From contig NC_043000.1 in NCBI RefSeq assembly GCF_006345805.1, positions 97,030,001 through 97,094,000 of the forward strand: 64,000 nucleotides of DNA, given 5' to 3'. Positions 39,050 to 55,155 of the stretch are shown piece after piece. The stretch is from Octopus sinensis. Its lineage: Eukaryota. Both the position numbers and the translations under genes were made by a program. The notes under the pieces were generated by a model that saw only the letters and a program-made list of their open reading frames with translations, had not been told where the DNA came from and did no database searches. Every line of letters starts with the position of its first letter. Position 1 is the first letter of the stretch.

Positions 39050-39810
39050 TAAGATGGCGAGCTAGCAGAGTCCTTAGTTCGCAGGACACAATGCTCAGCG
39101 GAATTTATATTCTAACTTCAAATTCCACTAAGGTTGACTTTCACCTATTCGGGGTCGATAAAACAAGTATCAGCCAAGCATTGGGTCGATGTAATCGACT
39201 TACACCCTCTCTCAAATAATTTCAGGTTTTGTGACTATAGCAGAAAGGAATATTTCACAGCGGTTTAAGATGGTGAGTTGACAGAATTGTTAATACGCCG
39301 GACAAAATGCTTAGCGGTATTTCGTCGGTCTTTATGTTCTGATTTCAAATTCCGCCGAGATTGACTTAGCCTTTTACAACATGTACCAATTCAGCACTGG
39401 GGTCGATGTAATCGACCTACCCTACTCTCCAATATTGCAAACCTTGCCAAAATTTGAAATCAATATTGTACATTATTGTTTTGATTTTTTTATTCCTATT
39501 TTGACCAGTACATTGCAGCATATACCGTGTGAAAATGTCAAGTAACGGCATAGTAATAGCAAAACATAACTGCATTGGTCTCCTATACTTAAATAATTGT
39601 TTCTACTATAGGCACAAGGCCTGGAATTTGAGGAGTGGGGATGGTCGATCACATCTACCTCAGTATATAACTGGTACTTAATTTATCGACCCGGAAAAGA
39701 TGAAAGGCAAAGCTGACCTCGGCGGAATTTAAACTCAGAACATAGCGGCGAGCGAAATACTGCTAAGCATTTCACTCGGCGTGCTAACAATTCTGCCAGC
39801 TCGCCGCCTT
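39050..39810. mobile_element. SINE family A: two plus-strand tandem copies and one minus-strand copy
   Basis: Consensus match. Further copies at ~6620, 36790, 40510, 41090, 41975, 47075, 50930. Confidence 0.75.
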
Positions 39811-42080
39811 GTCCTATACTTAAATAATGAAAATGCTTTTCTTCTCGTATAAGTATTACTATTTAGAGTCGATGCCTAGTATGTTTAATGTTAGCATTAA
39901 TTAAGTATAGATAAATGTAGATTTAGACCAGACATATGCAAGGACTGCAAATAAATGTAGATTTAGATCGGCATATGCGAAAATTATTTGGATTTTCAGA
40001 ATCTTTTTCGACTTGAATTTTAAAATGAATTTTGAAATTCAGTGTGGTAATTACTCAGTCTGAATCTGTACATTTAAATTCGGTATTTTCTGATTTATAT
40101 AGTATATGACTTTTAGCTTCGTTTATATTTATAATTTATTTCATTTTTAAAAATTTTAGATTTATCGTAAGGTATACGTATACGTATCAATTTGAGGCTT
40201 GTTGCACCCTTTTGTCTTAAATGTGCAGTATCATTTCAATTTCGAGTAGTTTGTTCTTGACTGCAAAGAAATAAAACTGAAGGGTACGTTGATATATCTT
40301 ATGTAACAGTTTTGAAAATAAACAAAAACGAAATTGGCATGCAGTAGTTCGTATCAGCCACATGACATATTTCTCTTTCAAATGTTCATCAGAAGAGATT
40401 TTTTTTATTTCGGGTAAAACTAACTATTGATTGATTAACACATTATATTATGAAAGTTGGAATAACTGAAACTTTAGTATACTCTGTTGTATTTATAATG
40501 GTTTCAAATTTTGGCACAAAGCCAGCAATTTCGGGGTAGGGGGTAAGTCGGTTACCTCAACCCCAGTGTTCGACTGGTACTTACTTTAACAACAACGAAA
40601 TATTGAAAGACAAAGTCGACCCCGGCAACATTTGAACTCAGAACATAAAGTCGAAAGAAATGCCGCTAAGCACTTTTCCCGGCGCGGTAATGATTATGCT
40701 AGCTCATCACTTTCTCTGTTATATTCATAATAAGAATCTGTCTACTCTTATCATCTGCATTAATCTAAGATTGAGTATTCCAATCTATATTGTTTATTTC
40801 TATTTCCAGTCATCGCAGACAATTAATTTTGCACATAAACATAGATATAATGGGTAAATGAAATGAAATAAATCTGCGGTCAAAGATACTGTCATCCACC
40901 AATTTTAACGGATTTGGTGATATAGAAAGGTCTTTCATCAAGAAAGTTATTCCTTAGTGATGAGGGTATGGACGACACCAGTATCTGTTGAACAGTAAAT
41001 TTATGTTGCCATGCATTCATATCCTACAACTGACCAAAAGGTTAAGGTTGTTTATAGACAGCAATGCGGCGAAAGCCTTCATACTTCGGATGTCTGATTA
41101 AAAATCAGGTCTAACTTTGTTCCTGTCAGCATTTAATCCATCTGTGATCGATTAAATAAAGTACCAGTCGAATACTGGTTCTATGTAGTCGACTAGTCCC
41201 TACACTTCAAAAATTGCTAGCTTTGTGCCTAAATTTATATATAGTATTTTGTGTCATCGGGTAACATGTTCTTTTATATAAATCCACAAACGTATTATCT
41301 TCCTTTTATAATTATCATAATAACGATAAGATGAATCACAAATTCAAGGTATGAAGATGTTTGTCACCATTTCTGACAATAAACAATCCTTGATAGTTGA
41401 TTGGTAACAAAGCTGCAGGTAAAAGTAATTCTACCGTTCAACAGATGGTTTTCATGCAAAGCAAAATTTCACCAGTTTTGATTTAACTTCTCAGGTGACA
41501 AATTTTAAATGCTGTCAAACACATCTAGTTAAGCGGACGAAATTTCCACTCATCTCACCTTTATTTTCTTTCATTTTTCCTAAACAGCTATACTAAACAT
41601 AACTCAAAAAACTTAACTTTGATTTAAATTTGATAATTATTGTGATTTATATGTAAGGCACAAACACATCAAAACGCGTGTCTGCAGGTGATGCGAGAGG
41701 AGGAAAGAAGCAACGATATACAAAAGAAAAAAATTGTGAAAATTGAATCAGATGCAAACTTTCATTCATACAGATAATGGAAAGGAAAAGTCATTTTCAT
41801 AAATACAATATACAATACCAAACATCAAAAAGATTCGAACTTTTAAACTATGATTTATGTTAAACAATAATTAATAACTTCTACCGCAAAGAGGAAAATT
41901 GAACTCTCACTGAACAATGCGGAAGAAAAAATGTCGTGCAACTGGAACAAAATACTATATAATGATTTAAAGTTTTCGCACAAGGCCAGCAATTTCCGGA
42001 GAAGTATAAGTCGATTACATCGACTCCAAGGTTCAGCTGGTATTTATATATCGACCCTTTTTTTCTTTTTTTTAACAACA

Positions 42081-42225
42081 CTGTCCGACGAATGGGAATG
42101 TGAAACTCTGGGTAACAGCTTTTGTTATATTTCTGCTGCTTTTAAATAAAGCATATATTACTCTACCTCTGGTATTTAAGAACTCTTTTATCCACCTTGT
42201 TTCACATTTATGTGCTTACTCAGGT
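42081..42225 (+). mobile_element. Solo pLTR of the 23.8 kb family with decayed hammerhead (42081-42118)
   Basis: CUGU-CCGACGA-AUG GGAA UGU-GAAA-CUCUGGG-U-A-ACAG. The downstream tail matches the reverse complement of 23700-23815. Confidence 0.65.
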
Positions 42226-42230
42226 ATATA

Positions 42231-42276
<46 letters not shown>

Positions 42277-42770
42277 AATGGATGTCTTACAAAACTATTC
42301 CAACATATAATAATAGCCATACCAACAAACCGACATACCTCCATCATCAGCAGCTCCACGGATATCACTATGGTTTCGACACCTGGGCAGTACTATTTAA
42401 ACCGGCAGTGTCAACAGCACTAAAATAAATGTTGTTTGGGAACAAACATACCTTAGATATCACCACCTTATTAATTAAACTACAAAAAAGAAACACATTT
42501 ACTCAATGTACAAAAATAGTATCAGTAAATTAACTCAATAAATTAACCTATAACTAACTCCTAAATTATGAAACTAAATAGCGGTCCAGCCCTTGAAGCT
42601 CATGCAGATAATATTCCCACCAGACTTCCATAGTTATTAATACACAAGTGAAAGCTTTTATATTCTATTATTTGAAAACAAAACAAACCCGATAGAACTT
42701 AACTAATAATGTAACTAATTATGAGTGAATTACACTGTTTCAAAACCCAAAAATTAGTATTAAAATACTC

Positions 42771-42802
<32 letters not shown>

Positions 42803-42831
42803 TGTATGTATGTATGTATGTATGTATGTAT

Positions 42832-42904
<73 letters not shown>

Positions 42905-45900
42905 CTGTTTTATAATTTAAATAAACGACAGAATTTAGAATGAAAAAATGGTCGTTGATTATGCACCAACCTGATATATATGAACATAAATGAATGGATA
43001 ATGTAGCCCTCGGTACATTCTACCTGAATAATAGATCGAACTGTCATGGCTGAAATACCTACGTTCATGGACGAGCTGATGTGTTTCCAAACACACAAAA
43101 AAAACCCACAAAGAAACAGAAATGACAATTCGAGAAGCTATCAATGGTCTGACTCGGTCTAACCTCATGCCAAAAAGAAAATAAAAAGATAAAATATACA
43201 ACAGAAGGGCCTTGCTAGAACGGCTAGAACTCAACGCTTATTTGATGAATTGTATGTTTAATGGAAATGTATATATAAATTTAGTGTAGGAGCCTCGCTT
43301 TCTTCACCTTTGTGATCTCTAAAGAATTACGACACTCCACCAACCTCTGCTGAGACTTATATCGTAATAATCAACGGAATCAACCTCCACCCCTCTCCGA
43401 TTTATCTATGTTTACAGTGTAACGAAACTACATGTGGCACGCTTGTTCTTTGTGTCCGACTTCACCACACCGTCATTGTTTTCATGTGCTTCAACTTAAG
43501 TAGTATTATTCATCAAGAGAATGTACGTCAATAGATTGTATTGAAAAGTAACACTTTTTAATCTTCTTATTGCAATGAGCTGTAGAGAGAGGAGGGGAGA
43601 AGGAGGACGAGTGAAAGACAGAGACTAAGCTCCTAACTGGAGCTGTTGTACTATATTTACATGGTAAATTCCTTCTGTTTTCATCTACCATCTTTTTTTT
43701 CTTTTTCTTTTCTTTCCTCGATTCTTTCATTTCCTTGGGCCGGAGAGAATTTAATACTTTACTCTGGATACATCACAGAACCAATGAGCGATTAGAAATG
43801 CATTTCAAAACTATTTAGCTATGACGCCGTTATCATATCCACAAAGTTATTTACAATATTTCAAAGAAATTTTTGTTTCTTAAGTATAAAGTTTAGAGTC
43901 CATTCCTCTGCTGGCTATTGATCACAAATGTAAATTACTGACACGCCAATCAAGAGTTTTGAAATAATTCTCCGAGGAATTGAAATTGTGTTGCAAAGTC
44001 AACAATGTGCAAGATTACTGCTTCTCTACGGCAACTGCACAGTTATGAATTTCCTAATTATAATCATACAATATACATTGGCATAAAGCCACACACTTTA
44101 GGAGAAGTGTTTTGATGCTAGTGACTTCCAAATCACTCTGTTGGACTTATTTCATTAACACCTGAAAATTTAAAGGACGAACTAGACACCACTTGGATTT
44201 AAAATCAAGATGTAAAGACACATGATTAGATATTGAAGACGTTTTATTTGGACCATTCTGGTTTTCCCATCCTGGTTTCGAACATCCTTAAGTTCAGTAT
44301 TTCATGAAAATAGTATTAATGTAAGTTAAAATCATTTCATCAGAACTGAATTTTAATATAAACATATCTTTTATCTTCTACTTGTTTCAGTCATTAGACT
44401 GCATCCATGCTGGGGCAACGCCTTGAAGAATGTTTCGTCGAATAAATCTACCCCAGGACATAACTTTTATTAAGTTTGGTACTTATTCTATCGTTTTTAT
44501 TTTCTGCCGAAACAGTAAGTTACGGGGACGTAAACACACTAACACCACTTACAAACACAAAGTCATACAAACACACATACACACACCCTCACACACACAC
44601 ATAGCTATAAACTTATATACGACGGTCTTCTTTCAGTTTTCGTCGACCAAATCCACTCACAAGAGTTTGGTCGACCCCAAACTATAGTAGAAAACGCTTG
44701 TCCAAGTGAGACTGAACCCAGAACCATATAGCAGGAAAGCAAACTTCCGACCAATAGCCACACCTGCGCCAACAAAAATGTTTAACAAAGGTACCTTGTA
44801 ATTCCAGGTAGAGATTGAACCTCAACATCTATATTATTGTGCTACTTTCCAACACCTTTACCCACTGCATCATAAAAGCAGCAATACTGAAACATATCAT
44901 TAGGGGAGGGCACAGCCAATCGATTTGACGCCAGTGTATGATTAATACTTATTGTATTGGAGACAGAACGATGAAAAACAAAGCTACTTCAAACTTATTT
45001 GAAACAAGAGCTTAACAGAACTTAAGTAAATACAGTAGAAGCAGCAGGTATATATAAATTACAACGAATTGATTTGCCGTCTCACAATTCAATTTGTTGT
45101 AATTCATTTATATCACTGTAATTTATATATATCTACGTTTCGAATAAATCTCATTCTTCAAACACAGAATTAAAACAACGCAAAGGCCTAAAAAATAGGC
45201 TGTAAGGATATACATGAGAAAAAGAAGTAGAAAATGATGCTGAGATGTAGATGTGGAGAAAGAGAGAGAGATAGAGAGATGAATTAATACATTCCCACGA
45301 GTTGCAAAATATTCCTCTGTTACTCTGACTCACCATCTTGCCGAAATACTGTAAAGCACTTTATTTAGCACTTTATCGCGTCTAGTTTAGCATTGTAGAC
45401 GGGAATGATAAAATTCCTGGTAACCTGATTTGAGCTGGAGCTATTTTCCACTAATACAAAAAATAATAATAAGTCTAGTCGGAAGTATAGTATTGTAACA
45501 AAATAGTTAACATTTAAGGTAAATGGTTTTCAAGTCACAGATGTATTTATATTTATTTATGCTTCTAAAGAAAGACTCATAGACGTGGATGTTCGATAGA
45601 GTCACACCAAAGTCTGCTTGTGCTTGAAGATTCCACACATCCTTCTTCTCATTTGCTGATGCAGTAAAAAAAAAAAATAGCAGCATGACAACTTCATGTA
45701 TTGCTTTAGACAAAAGCTTTCGAAAAAATTATTTTGCATATATCAATTGTCAACCCAAATCCAACAGTTGTCCGATATTTGTCTCGTCTAGGAGCCTGAT
45801 ATTGCCTTACTGCTCAACTATGAGGCATATCTTTTGGTTTGGTTTTGATGTGGGTGAAAATGCTATTAGTATAGAACTTGAAGTTGTCGCTATTGTTGTT

Positions 45901-46058
45901 GTTGTTGATAATGACGATGATGATGATTGTGTCAGACGTGGTATCGATAGAGATGGTGCTGAAGATTACGATGAGGTATGATCAGGTGCTGTTGAAAATG
46001 AAGACAATGATGTAAAAGATGATAATAATGTTGATTTTAATAATAATGGTGAAAATGA

Positions 46059-46152
<94 letters not shown>

Positions 46153-47716
46153 AAGAGAGAGCGAGAGAGAGAGAGCGAGAGAGAGAGAGCGAGAGAGAGC
46201 GATTCTTTTCTTGTGTAGCCCCGAGTGTCCCGCGTTCATACTACACGTATCCTGTTATCATTGATATTGTAAAGTGTTAGTCTTTATTCTGATGTTGTTG
46301 CTGTTGCTGCTGATAGTAATGATGGAGAAGTAGGGAAGGAGGTAACATGAATAATAAGTAGATATATCGAACACTTCAAGAAAATAAAGAGTAAACAATT
46401 ATTCAGATAGCGAAGAGAAAAGAAAAAGAGGTAGGGAATTATCATTTTCTTTATTAAAGGGAAATATTCCAAGGGGACGTCTTCTTTACACTTCTGTCAA
46501 ACGCCAACACCTTTAACTAACATATTATACCAGGTTGAAGAATTCAGCCACATCAGCAACAATAAACATTGAAAGAAGAATAAAAAGCAAAGTAAAACAT
46601 GAAATGAAACTCAATGAAATATTCCACAAAAATAAAATAAAATACCGAAGAAAGCAAAAGAAAAAACACAAAATTCTCAATAGCAAGCACAAAACTATAT
46701 TCATAAAAATAAGAAAAAGCGAAACAACAAGTTTCTAAAGTATAAAACTTTTATAAAAACTGCAATAACGATCTCAATAAGAAACAAAACAAAATGGCTA
46801 AGTATAACAGCAACGCTTTTAGTATAGTAGGATAATATTTGAGAAATATTTGGGTAGCAAGTTGAATGACCACGTGTTGATGCTACTTGATTTAACAACG
46901 AGAACATACCAACAAACATCAAAGGCAAAACTACTAAGAGTTACAACTTCGCACCATTCACAACACACATAAAAATCAGTAAGGAAAGCAAAACGACGCT
47001 CAAACATACTTAGAACAATCACTGGGACCATATTTGGCCAACAGAAAGAAACAACTACGAAGGCATACAAGCAATTAAGATTCTGAGCTGGCAGAATGGT
47101 TAGCACATGGGACAAATTGCTTAGTGGCATTTCGTCTGTCTTTACGTTCCGAGTTCAAATTTCACCGAAGTCGACTTTGCCTTTCATCCTTTCGGAGTTG
47201 CTAAAATTAGTATGAGTTGAGCAATGGAGTTGCTGTAATTGACTTGTCCTCTCCCTTTAAAATGGCTGCCCTTGTGCCAAAGTTTGAAACAAAAATAGTG
47301 TACAATCAATACATTAGATGCATCAGGAACTGTACTAGTTCTAACTGGACGACCAGTCTCTCTTCAACAAATCACAATCAACTAAAAATTTGTACAAAAA
47401 TACATAATATGCATCATAGCAAGTAGTACATACGTCACCTATACAACAAAACAAATATACTAAAATGAAAAGACCACCCGGACACGTGAGGTGCACAGTT
47501 TGTTGCCCCAGCATGCTTCAGCCACACAGCTATTGTAACTACACGAGTAACCACTTCCAACCACCCAGGGGTATATACAACATTCCAGAGTACTTACGAA
47601 AGCAGCATTCTCAAATCAGTGTTTCTCAACTCACCCACTCAATCCAGCTGAGTTTAGCTCTAGCGTCAATAGCCTCACTGGCTCCAAATACTGAGTGGGA
47701 CATATATCGCTAATAA

Positions 47717-47997
47717 TACGAGGGTGGGCCTAAAAGTTCATAGGCTGACTATGAAGGAGAGATGTTAGAGCTGTGAAATATTGTATGCATTAATTTCAAC
47801 ACTTACTAATAACTGCATTGTTTCTTTTCAGGTAAACTGATATCTGAGTGTTCAAAACAGGCTTCAGAAATAGCTAGTTGCTTCTCTTGAAATTGGACAA
47901 AATTTGGCATCGTGGCGTTATCAAGTACTTGCAGGAAAAGGGTTTAGCTCCCAACGACATTCATGCTGAGATGATTGCTATATTAGGAGACGACGCT
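47717..47997 (+). mobile_element. Mariner 5' fragment (TIR + N-terminal HTH)
   Basis: TA-CGAGGGTGGGCCTAAAAGTTC terminus. LDKIWHRGVIKYLQEKGLAPNDIHAEMIAILGDDA. Confidence 0.75.
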
Positions 47998-49729
47998 AAT
48001 GCAGAAGGATGGCAAGTGTCACGCTCTGACCTCTTCCACTATGCTCGACTTCGCTATGGCTACCGTTTTTTCTGGGCTAAAAGCGTTACAATAATAGATT
48101 GGACGGTGGACAGAATATAATATATCAAGATTCTCATTCCACACTCCATACATCACTAGATATATATCGAAGAGTGCAGAATGATCCTCAGTGAGGCGAA
48201 GATATGGTAATTGAGAAAATAAATCAGTAGAACACGTTTCCTTATTCGCCCTAATAACTGCGTGCGATAGCACTGCTCAATCAGGGCTGATCTAGAGCTA
48301 CAAAACATCAATTAAGACACTAGCAAACCTCTCAGTCATCGCTTGACTTACAAGAAACAGCAGCCATATCCCAGTCAAATCCTATTAGCACAACTATCAG
48401 CCATCTTAAAACAACACTATCTCCTGACATAAGCAATATTTTAAGTCACTACCAAATTTATTGCACGCTTTTCTTTTTCCCCGTCTTCAACTTTTTTTCT
48501 GTCAGTCACGCTTTCTGGTCGTTGTCTCTCATACGGAAGCTCTTTTATTAATATCTATGTCTGTGTGTATATCGTTTTCCTGTATACGTCAGTATATTAT
48601 ATATATGCATGTGTGTATGCATGCGTCTATATGACATATACATGTATATGTGTGTATATGTGGGCGTGGGTGTATGTGTGTGGCGGAGTGTGTATGAATG
48701 TTTCTGTGTATTTAATGTATGTGTGTCATCGTGAGTGTGCATATGCTTAAACACACACATACGCACACACACGCACACACATACATACACACACATCCTG
48801 ACGATTATATAAAAAGGTGCATCAAATATATGACTAGATATTTCGTAAATGACTGCTTTAAAAAATGAGATAGACAGACACATTTTTTTCTGCAAATTAT
48901 GAAATTTTTGCACACATAAATGTGTGTATATACATGTAAGTGTGAATGTATGTATATATGCTTCTATTTCTGTATATGTGCTTATACATGTATGTATTCT
49001 TTCTGAAACATTACATATCACATAAAAGTGACTATTTCGCAAATAGACGCTTTCTCACATATGTTACAAACAAACGCACACACTCACGTGTATGCGTACG
49101 TGTACAGAATACACTCTTGTATGTACAGTACATACACACAAAAATTAATAAATATTCAATCACAAAAATACTTTAGCCTCTCTCACACACCCTCTCTGTT
49201 TTTTCCTCTCTCTATCTTCTATGGCATTTGCCATCTACGCGTATTCTCCTCACCCTCTAGTATACCTGAGAAACCCGCTTTTTCTCTAGTTACACTTGCT
49301 GGCTTTCACTTTGTGAGTCTCAAAGTAAACTCCTTATTTTACTTTCTGAGAACTTCAACTTTCTCGGACGAATCCCCACCGATGACGATATATTCGACAT
49401 ACATCTACCTCTAGATGTACAAACTGAATGTTAACCGTATCGAGGTCAACATCCTGAGAAAGCTTGTAAAAGCTGTAGTCACTGATCCTCTTCATTCAAA
49501 TATGCCAACAAAGAAACCTCTACGGAGTCGCTCGATACTTTAGAAATAACGGTCAAATAATTTCAAATCACTCCCTACCATCTCACAGAAATGAAGGACC
49601 CATTGGACAATATAACTCTTCTTTTTTGTGCCATCGGTTCCACAAACCACCCCTAGTAACTTCCGTTTCACGTGTTCACTAATGTGATCAGTTTGGGGCA
49701 GTTTTCAGTAGGTAGTCTCTAGGTTGTTT

Positions 49730-50620
49730 ACTCAACCACTATTCCATGTCATCAACCCGTAGCCAACCAGTCTTCCTCCCCAACAGTTAACTGGTAGAGT
49801 AGCAAATGTAACAGGTTGCTCAAAAATGTCAAGTGAATGATAGTAAGTATAACCAAAGTATGTAAGTTTTCACTTGTGCAAAGTGTTAAGCGAGATGGGT
49901 AAGTTATCCGTTTAATCTAGAACGTATGTGTCAGTTTTGCAGGGTGTTCACAGGCTCCGCTGCATACGGCGCTATTACATAAATCAAAGCTGCTGATTGG
50001 CGCTGTTGCTCAGTCTTTATGCCTAACAGACATACCTCGCGGTCGTACAAGGCCACTGAGAAAATTAATGTTTTCACTAGTAAAAATGTGTTGTGAGACT
50101 TTAGTCAAAATTTGGTCAGCTCATTCTTTGCTGAGCAACCCATACTCAATTTTCAGAGGTTTTCGTTGTTTTTGTGACAGTCGCTATACATAGACACCCA
50201 GGTATTTATATCTTCTGACCAACTTCATATCTTGGCCGATGACCCAGAATACTACATACTCAGCATTTCACTAACAGATAATAAAGTGGTACCATTGGCG
50301 TATTTCTTAGTATTGATTCAGCTTTTGCTGATTGAGACACTACTGACATACACTTACAGGATCATTCTAACCAATATTTTCCCATATATGCTGCACCAAA
50401 CAGGTGACAGCACGCAGCACTTTATGACGCGCATGCTGTAATCAATTAGTCATAATTATCCATTTCTGTGCAAGCTGGAGCCCGATCGACCAAATGACCT
50501 GGAAAACTCGTATTGTGCATAGTCTTTTACGGCTTATCATAGTCAACGCGCTTCAACAATGAAACTGTTTAACATACGTTTTCTCCAACATTCAACAGAT
50601 ATCCTATCGAGATGCATGTT
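49730..50620 (-). mobile_element. Old RTE-type LINE fragment (RT C-terminal half)
   Basis: YKYLG motif (~50195-50210) followed by degenerate RTE-like downstream motifs. Heavily mutated. Confidence 0.55.
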
Positions 50621-51229
50621 CCTAGCTTCTTACAAAATCCGGCTTATCCCTGAAATTAGTTTTTATTAGAGGTTAGACTCAATGAAAAATAATTCAGGAC
50701 CTTACCTTGCTGGAAACTGTTCAACTGTTCTCAGTAAAAACAAACTGGAGTAGAACAAAAACGTTTAAGTACCTTATTCGAAATGCAGACATAAGCAAAC
50801 TTACCATAGTGGAATACGTAACACGATCACCTCAATCTTTTTATTATTTCCGAATGGTAATGCATTGAAATCCTCTTTTCCTTGCCACTGATGTTTTACA
50901 AGGGAAGGTTAAATAGCCAGTATATCTTGGCACTATCGAAAGCGTTGCCGTTAGAACACAAAGAGCAGGAGCATCCCCTCCTACACTCTAATAATTCCAC
51001 CAATCCACTGCTCGGGACAAGTGCGGTATTTATGGACCCAGGAAAATTAATAGGTAAAGTTGACCTTTGCGAAATATGAACTTGGGACATAGAGTATCAG
51101 ATCAAACGACGCAGGGTTTTCTATCTAGCGCTTTTTACGACTTTTTCTCTCTCACACACTCTTACTTTCTCTCTCTTTTTCTCTCTCTCCCATATAAATA
51201 TATATGCGTATGTATATGTGTGTGTCTGT

Positions 51230-51263
<34 letters not shown>

Positions 51264-51777
51264 TTGTGTGTGTATATGTGTATGTGTGTGTATTACATTT
51301 GTATATATATTTACATTTATTTTTGCAACTAGGTATAACGTAGATGCTTGAACACAAACCGTCTTCGCATATCTTTTCTCAAACATTCTCACAAACCGCA
51401 CACTTAGTAAACACAATGAAATATAATGTTACACGCATAATCATATTTAGAGATACACAGACAGACACACACTCGCGCGCACACACATATGTGCACATGG
51501 ACACACATATATACGTATATGTATTATTATGCGATACCAAATTGATAAAATCTTCATACAGTGACAACTCCATTGAAAACTAATTCCATCTCATTTCCAG
51601 ACAAACCAAAAGTTGACGGTGAAAGCTGCTTATTTTGTTTCAGTAGCACAAAGCTGCATTTAATATAGTGGAGCCAACTACAGAAACTTACAAACCACTG
51701 CATGCACAGAAACACATACTTTCCACTCTTATTTAAAAGAGTTCTTTGTAATGGTTTCGAATGTATTCATTCTCGTG

Positions 51778-52025
<248 letters not shown>

Positions 52026-52499
52026 TAGATATGTATATGTATATACATATATGTATGTGCCTGCACACAAGTGAAACACTTCCAAAACAATCATACTTAT
52101 TGCAAACTCTTCAATTATGTCTAAGTCAGTTACAGTTGTACAAGGAAGATGGTTACTGTTATAACCAGGATCAATAATAGAAAATATGGTTACTGTCGTA
52201 GCCAGGATCAATACATAGAAATATTCCAAAGCCTCACTGCAGCTGTCGTAATATTACATGCTTTTCTTTTGATAGTATCTCACGAAAGCGCTTTTATACC
52301 GTGTGAATGTAATATCTATAGTCGATGCTGTAAACAGTTATGGTGGCATTACAGGGAATACGTTTAAGAACAGGTATATTTATAACCCTTATCCCTTCAG
52401 ACACATTAACAAACTACAAGTAACTTCATTACTCCAATATACCTGCGATTTCAAAGAGAGACATAAAAACAATTCCAGTTCCAGAGTTAGAGTTAAAAA

Positions 52500-53530
52500 G
52501 GTTTGAGGTGGGGTCAGTAGAATGTATATATATAACAGCAGTATTTGAGTGGTACTTTATTTTATGGGCCCCGGGGAAGAATAAAAGGCAAAGTTAGCTC
52601 CGATGATATTTAAACTCAAAATGTCAGGATGCTTAACTAAAAACAGCAAGGAATTTTATTCGTCACGCTACTATTCTGCCACCTTAAGAAGCTTTTCGAC
52701 GATTTAACAGAGAGTGTGGTTTTTGTATACAGACTACTGGGTTATGGGCCCCACTGGGTTAGGACTACGCAGTTCTGTTCTGTGTAACGTAGTTGTGTAA
52801 TGGAATTGATGCATTTTCCTTGGGACTTATTTTATGAATCTTGACAGGGTGTAGGGCAAAGTTAATTCGTTTACGATTTAAACTCATAACGTAAATATGT
52901 CGTATCTAAAACTACAAAGATATTTTCTTTGACATTTTACCATTTATCTTCTATTCAAGAGCACAAATTAATGATTTCTTTTCAACGGTGGTACCCCAGC
53001 ATAGCCACAGCTTTCGATCTGAGGCATTTTTAAGGATTTAAGGATAGTCACTAGCGGAGAAATGTTGGAGACGACTCAAGTTGATGCTATCGGCACTAGT
53101 GCTTTAGTAACACTCATTATTTTAGGCTCCAAAAAGGTGATAGGCAAAGATAATATCGGTAGGATTTCGATTCAGAACGGAAAGAGAAAGGATGTAAGTA
53201 AATAATGAAACCAGGTATGGTTGAATGGTTAACAACGACGTTCCGTAACCACGTGGAACTGGATTCAATTCTACTCGTAAATTTTTGGTAACGTCGAAGC
53301 TATCGTAGAGGATATAACTTCATGTTGGTTCTAAATTTTGTCACAAGGTCAGCAATTTCTGCGTAGGGAATAAGTCGTCTACATTGATCTCAGTACTTAA
53401 CTGGTACTTATTTTATCAACACAGAATTGAAAGGTAAAGTCAACCTCAGCGGAATTTGAACTCAGAAAGTAAAGACAGACGAAATTCCACCAAGCATTTT
53501 GTCCGGCGCGGTAACGGCTCGACCGCCTCT
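52500..53530 (-). mobile_element. Cluster of minus-strand SINE family A copies
   Basis: Repeated AAGGCAAAGT...TTTRAACTCA motif. Confidence 0.65.
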
Positions 53531-53662
53531 ACGCCTTTTAGTGTACTGATATTCAATAATCTTTTGCTTTTTCTCCATATACACTCGCATATACATACAC
53601 ACACCTAACATACGCACAGACATGCACATAATACATACATACATACATCTGTACGTACGTAC

Positions 53663-53693
<31 letters not shown>

Positions 53694-53741
53694 CATACAC
53701 ACACATACATACATACATACATACATACATACATACATACA

Positions 53742-53773
<32 letters not shown>

Positions 53774-54149
53774 AGCACATGCTGGGACATAGAGAAACAG
53801 ACGAAACTGCACCATTCTAAGCCTGACACAAGTTTAGGCACACACTCACACGCATTCAAACTCATGCTATAAATACACCTAAACCTACTCCGCGCATACA
53901 GTCACGTGTACACGTTATATGGGTGCAACATGGCACTAGTCACACACAAAAATGTGTAGAGTACAAACGAGTGACTTACTGGCGTTAATCTAAACATAAG
54001 ACTTCTAAAGCATATGACTCGCTTTTGATAAAAGGTCGGCTAACATTTGTTTAGTCATCCTTTCGTACCGACTTTCCCCTCCTAAACTATATTAGACATT
54101 AAATACTAGACAGTATAACTAGACATCTGTCTGTCAGTCTGTCCATCGA

Positions 54150-54290
<141 letters not shown>

Positions 54291-54825
54291 CTGTTTATCA
54301 TAGTTGATAAGAGTGTCTTCCTTATTGTTTAATAAGTCACAACCACATTTGTCTCTGACCTATCTTCTTGGCCCACTCTCTCTACACGTACATACACACA
54401 CACATACATACATACATACATACATACATACATACATACATACATACATACATACATACGCACATACATGCATACATACATAAATACATTCATACATACA
54501 TGCATACAGACACGTTATATTCTATGAAACATCTCAACTGACTGGTATTTTGGTTCACCACAAACAAAAAAATAATGATAAAGACTTGGAAGAAACAAAG
54601 GCTGCTGAAAGCCGTTAGATGTAGCAGACCCCCACCCTCCGTCGGTTAAATGTAAAGTGGCCTGAATTAGAAGAACTAAAAGCGTGGATGTTAGACCGAA
54701 GACTTTCGAGTTTTCCAACATTCACTAAAATGATTATGCACTATCCAAGACTTGGTAGTTTTAGGGAGTCAGTATCGTAGTTTCTCGGATGTGTGAGGAT
54801 AAATGACTCAATTGTATAAGCACTC

Positions 54826-55021
54826 TACACTGATGGCATAAAACTGCTATTTCTTATTTTTTTAAAGACGAGCATTACCCAGAGAAAGAATATTCGATGG
54901 TATTTATGTTTATGTCCAACCAAAAGGTTGGATTGATGAAGGAAGAATGGAATTATGGCCTGATAACATGTCTGAGCGTCCTTGTGGACCGTTAGAGAAG
55001 CCTGCTTTATTAGTTAGGGAC
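54826..55021 (+). mobile_element. Pogo-like DDE transposase fragment
   Basis: DGIYVYVQPKGWIDEGRMELW...RPCGPLEKPALLVRD resembles the pogo DDE_1 segment. Confidence 0.65.
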
Positions 55022-55059
55022 CGTGCGGTAACGATTCTGCTATGTTTAGTACTGCTTCT

Positions 55060-55076
55060 CAGGCAGTAACCTGAAT

Positions 55077-55155
<79 letters not shown>

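Noticed and set aside
45840-46060. Asp/Asn/Val-rich reading frame
   Set aside because: Degenerate (GAT/GTT/AAT)n trinucleotide sequence with stops.
48000-48270. Possible LINE endonuclease remnant (GYRFFW...DRI)
   Set aside because: Similarity is too weak to call without a profile search.
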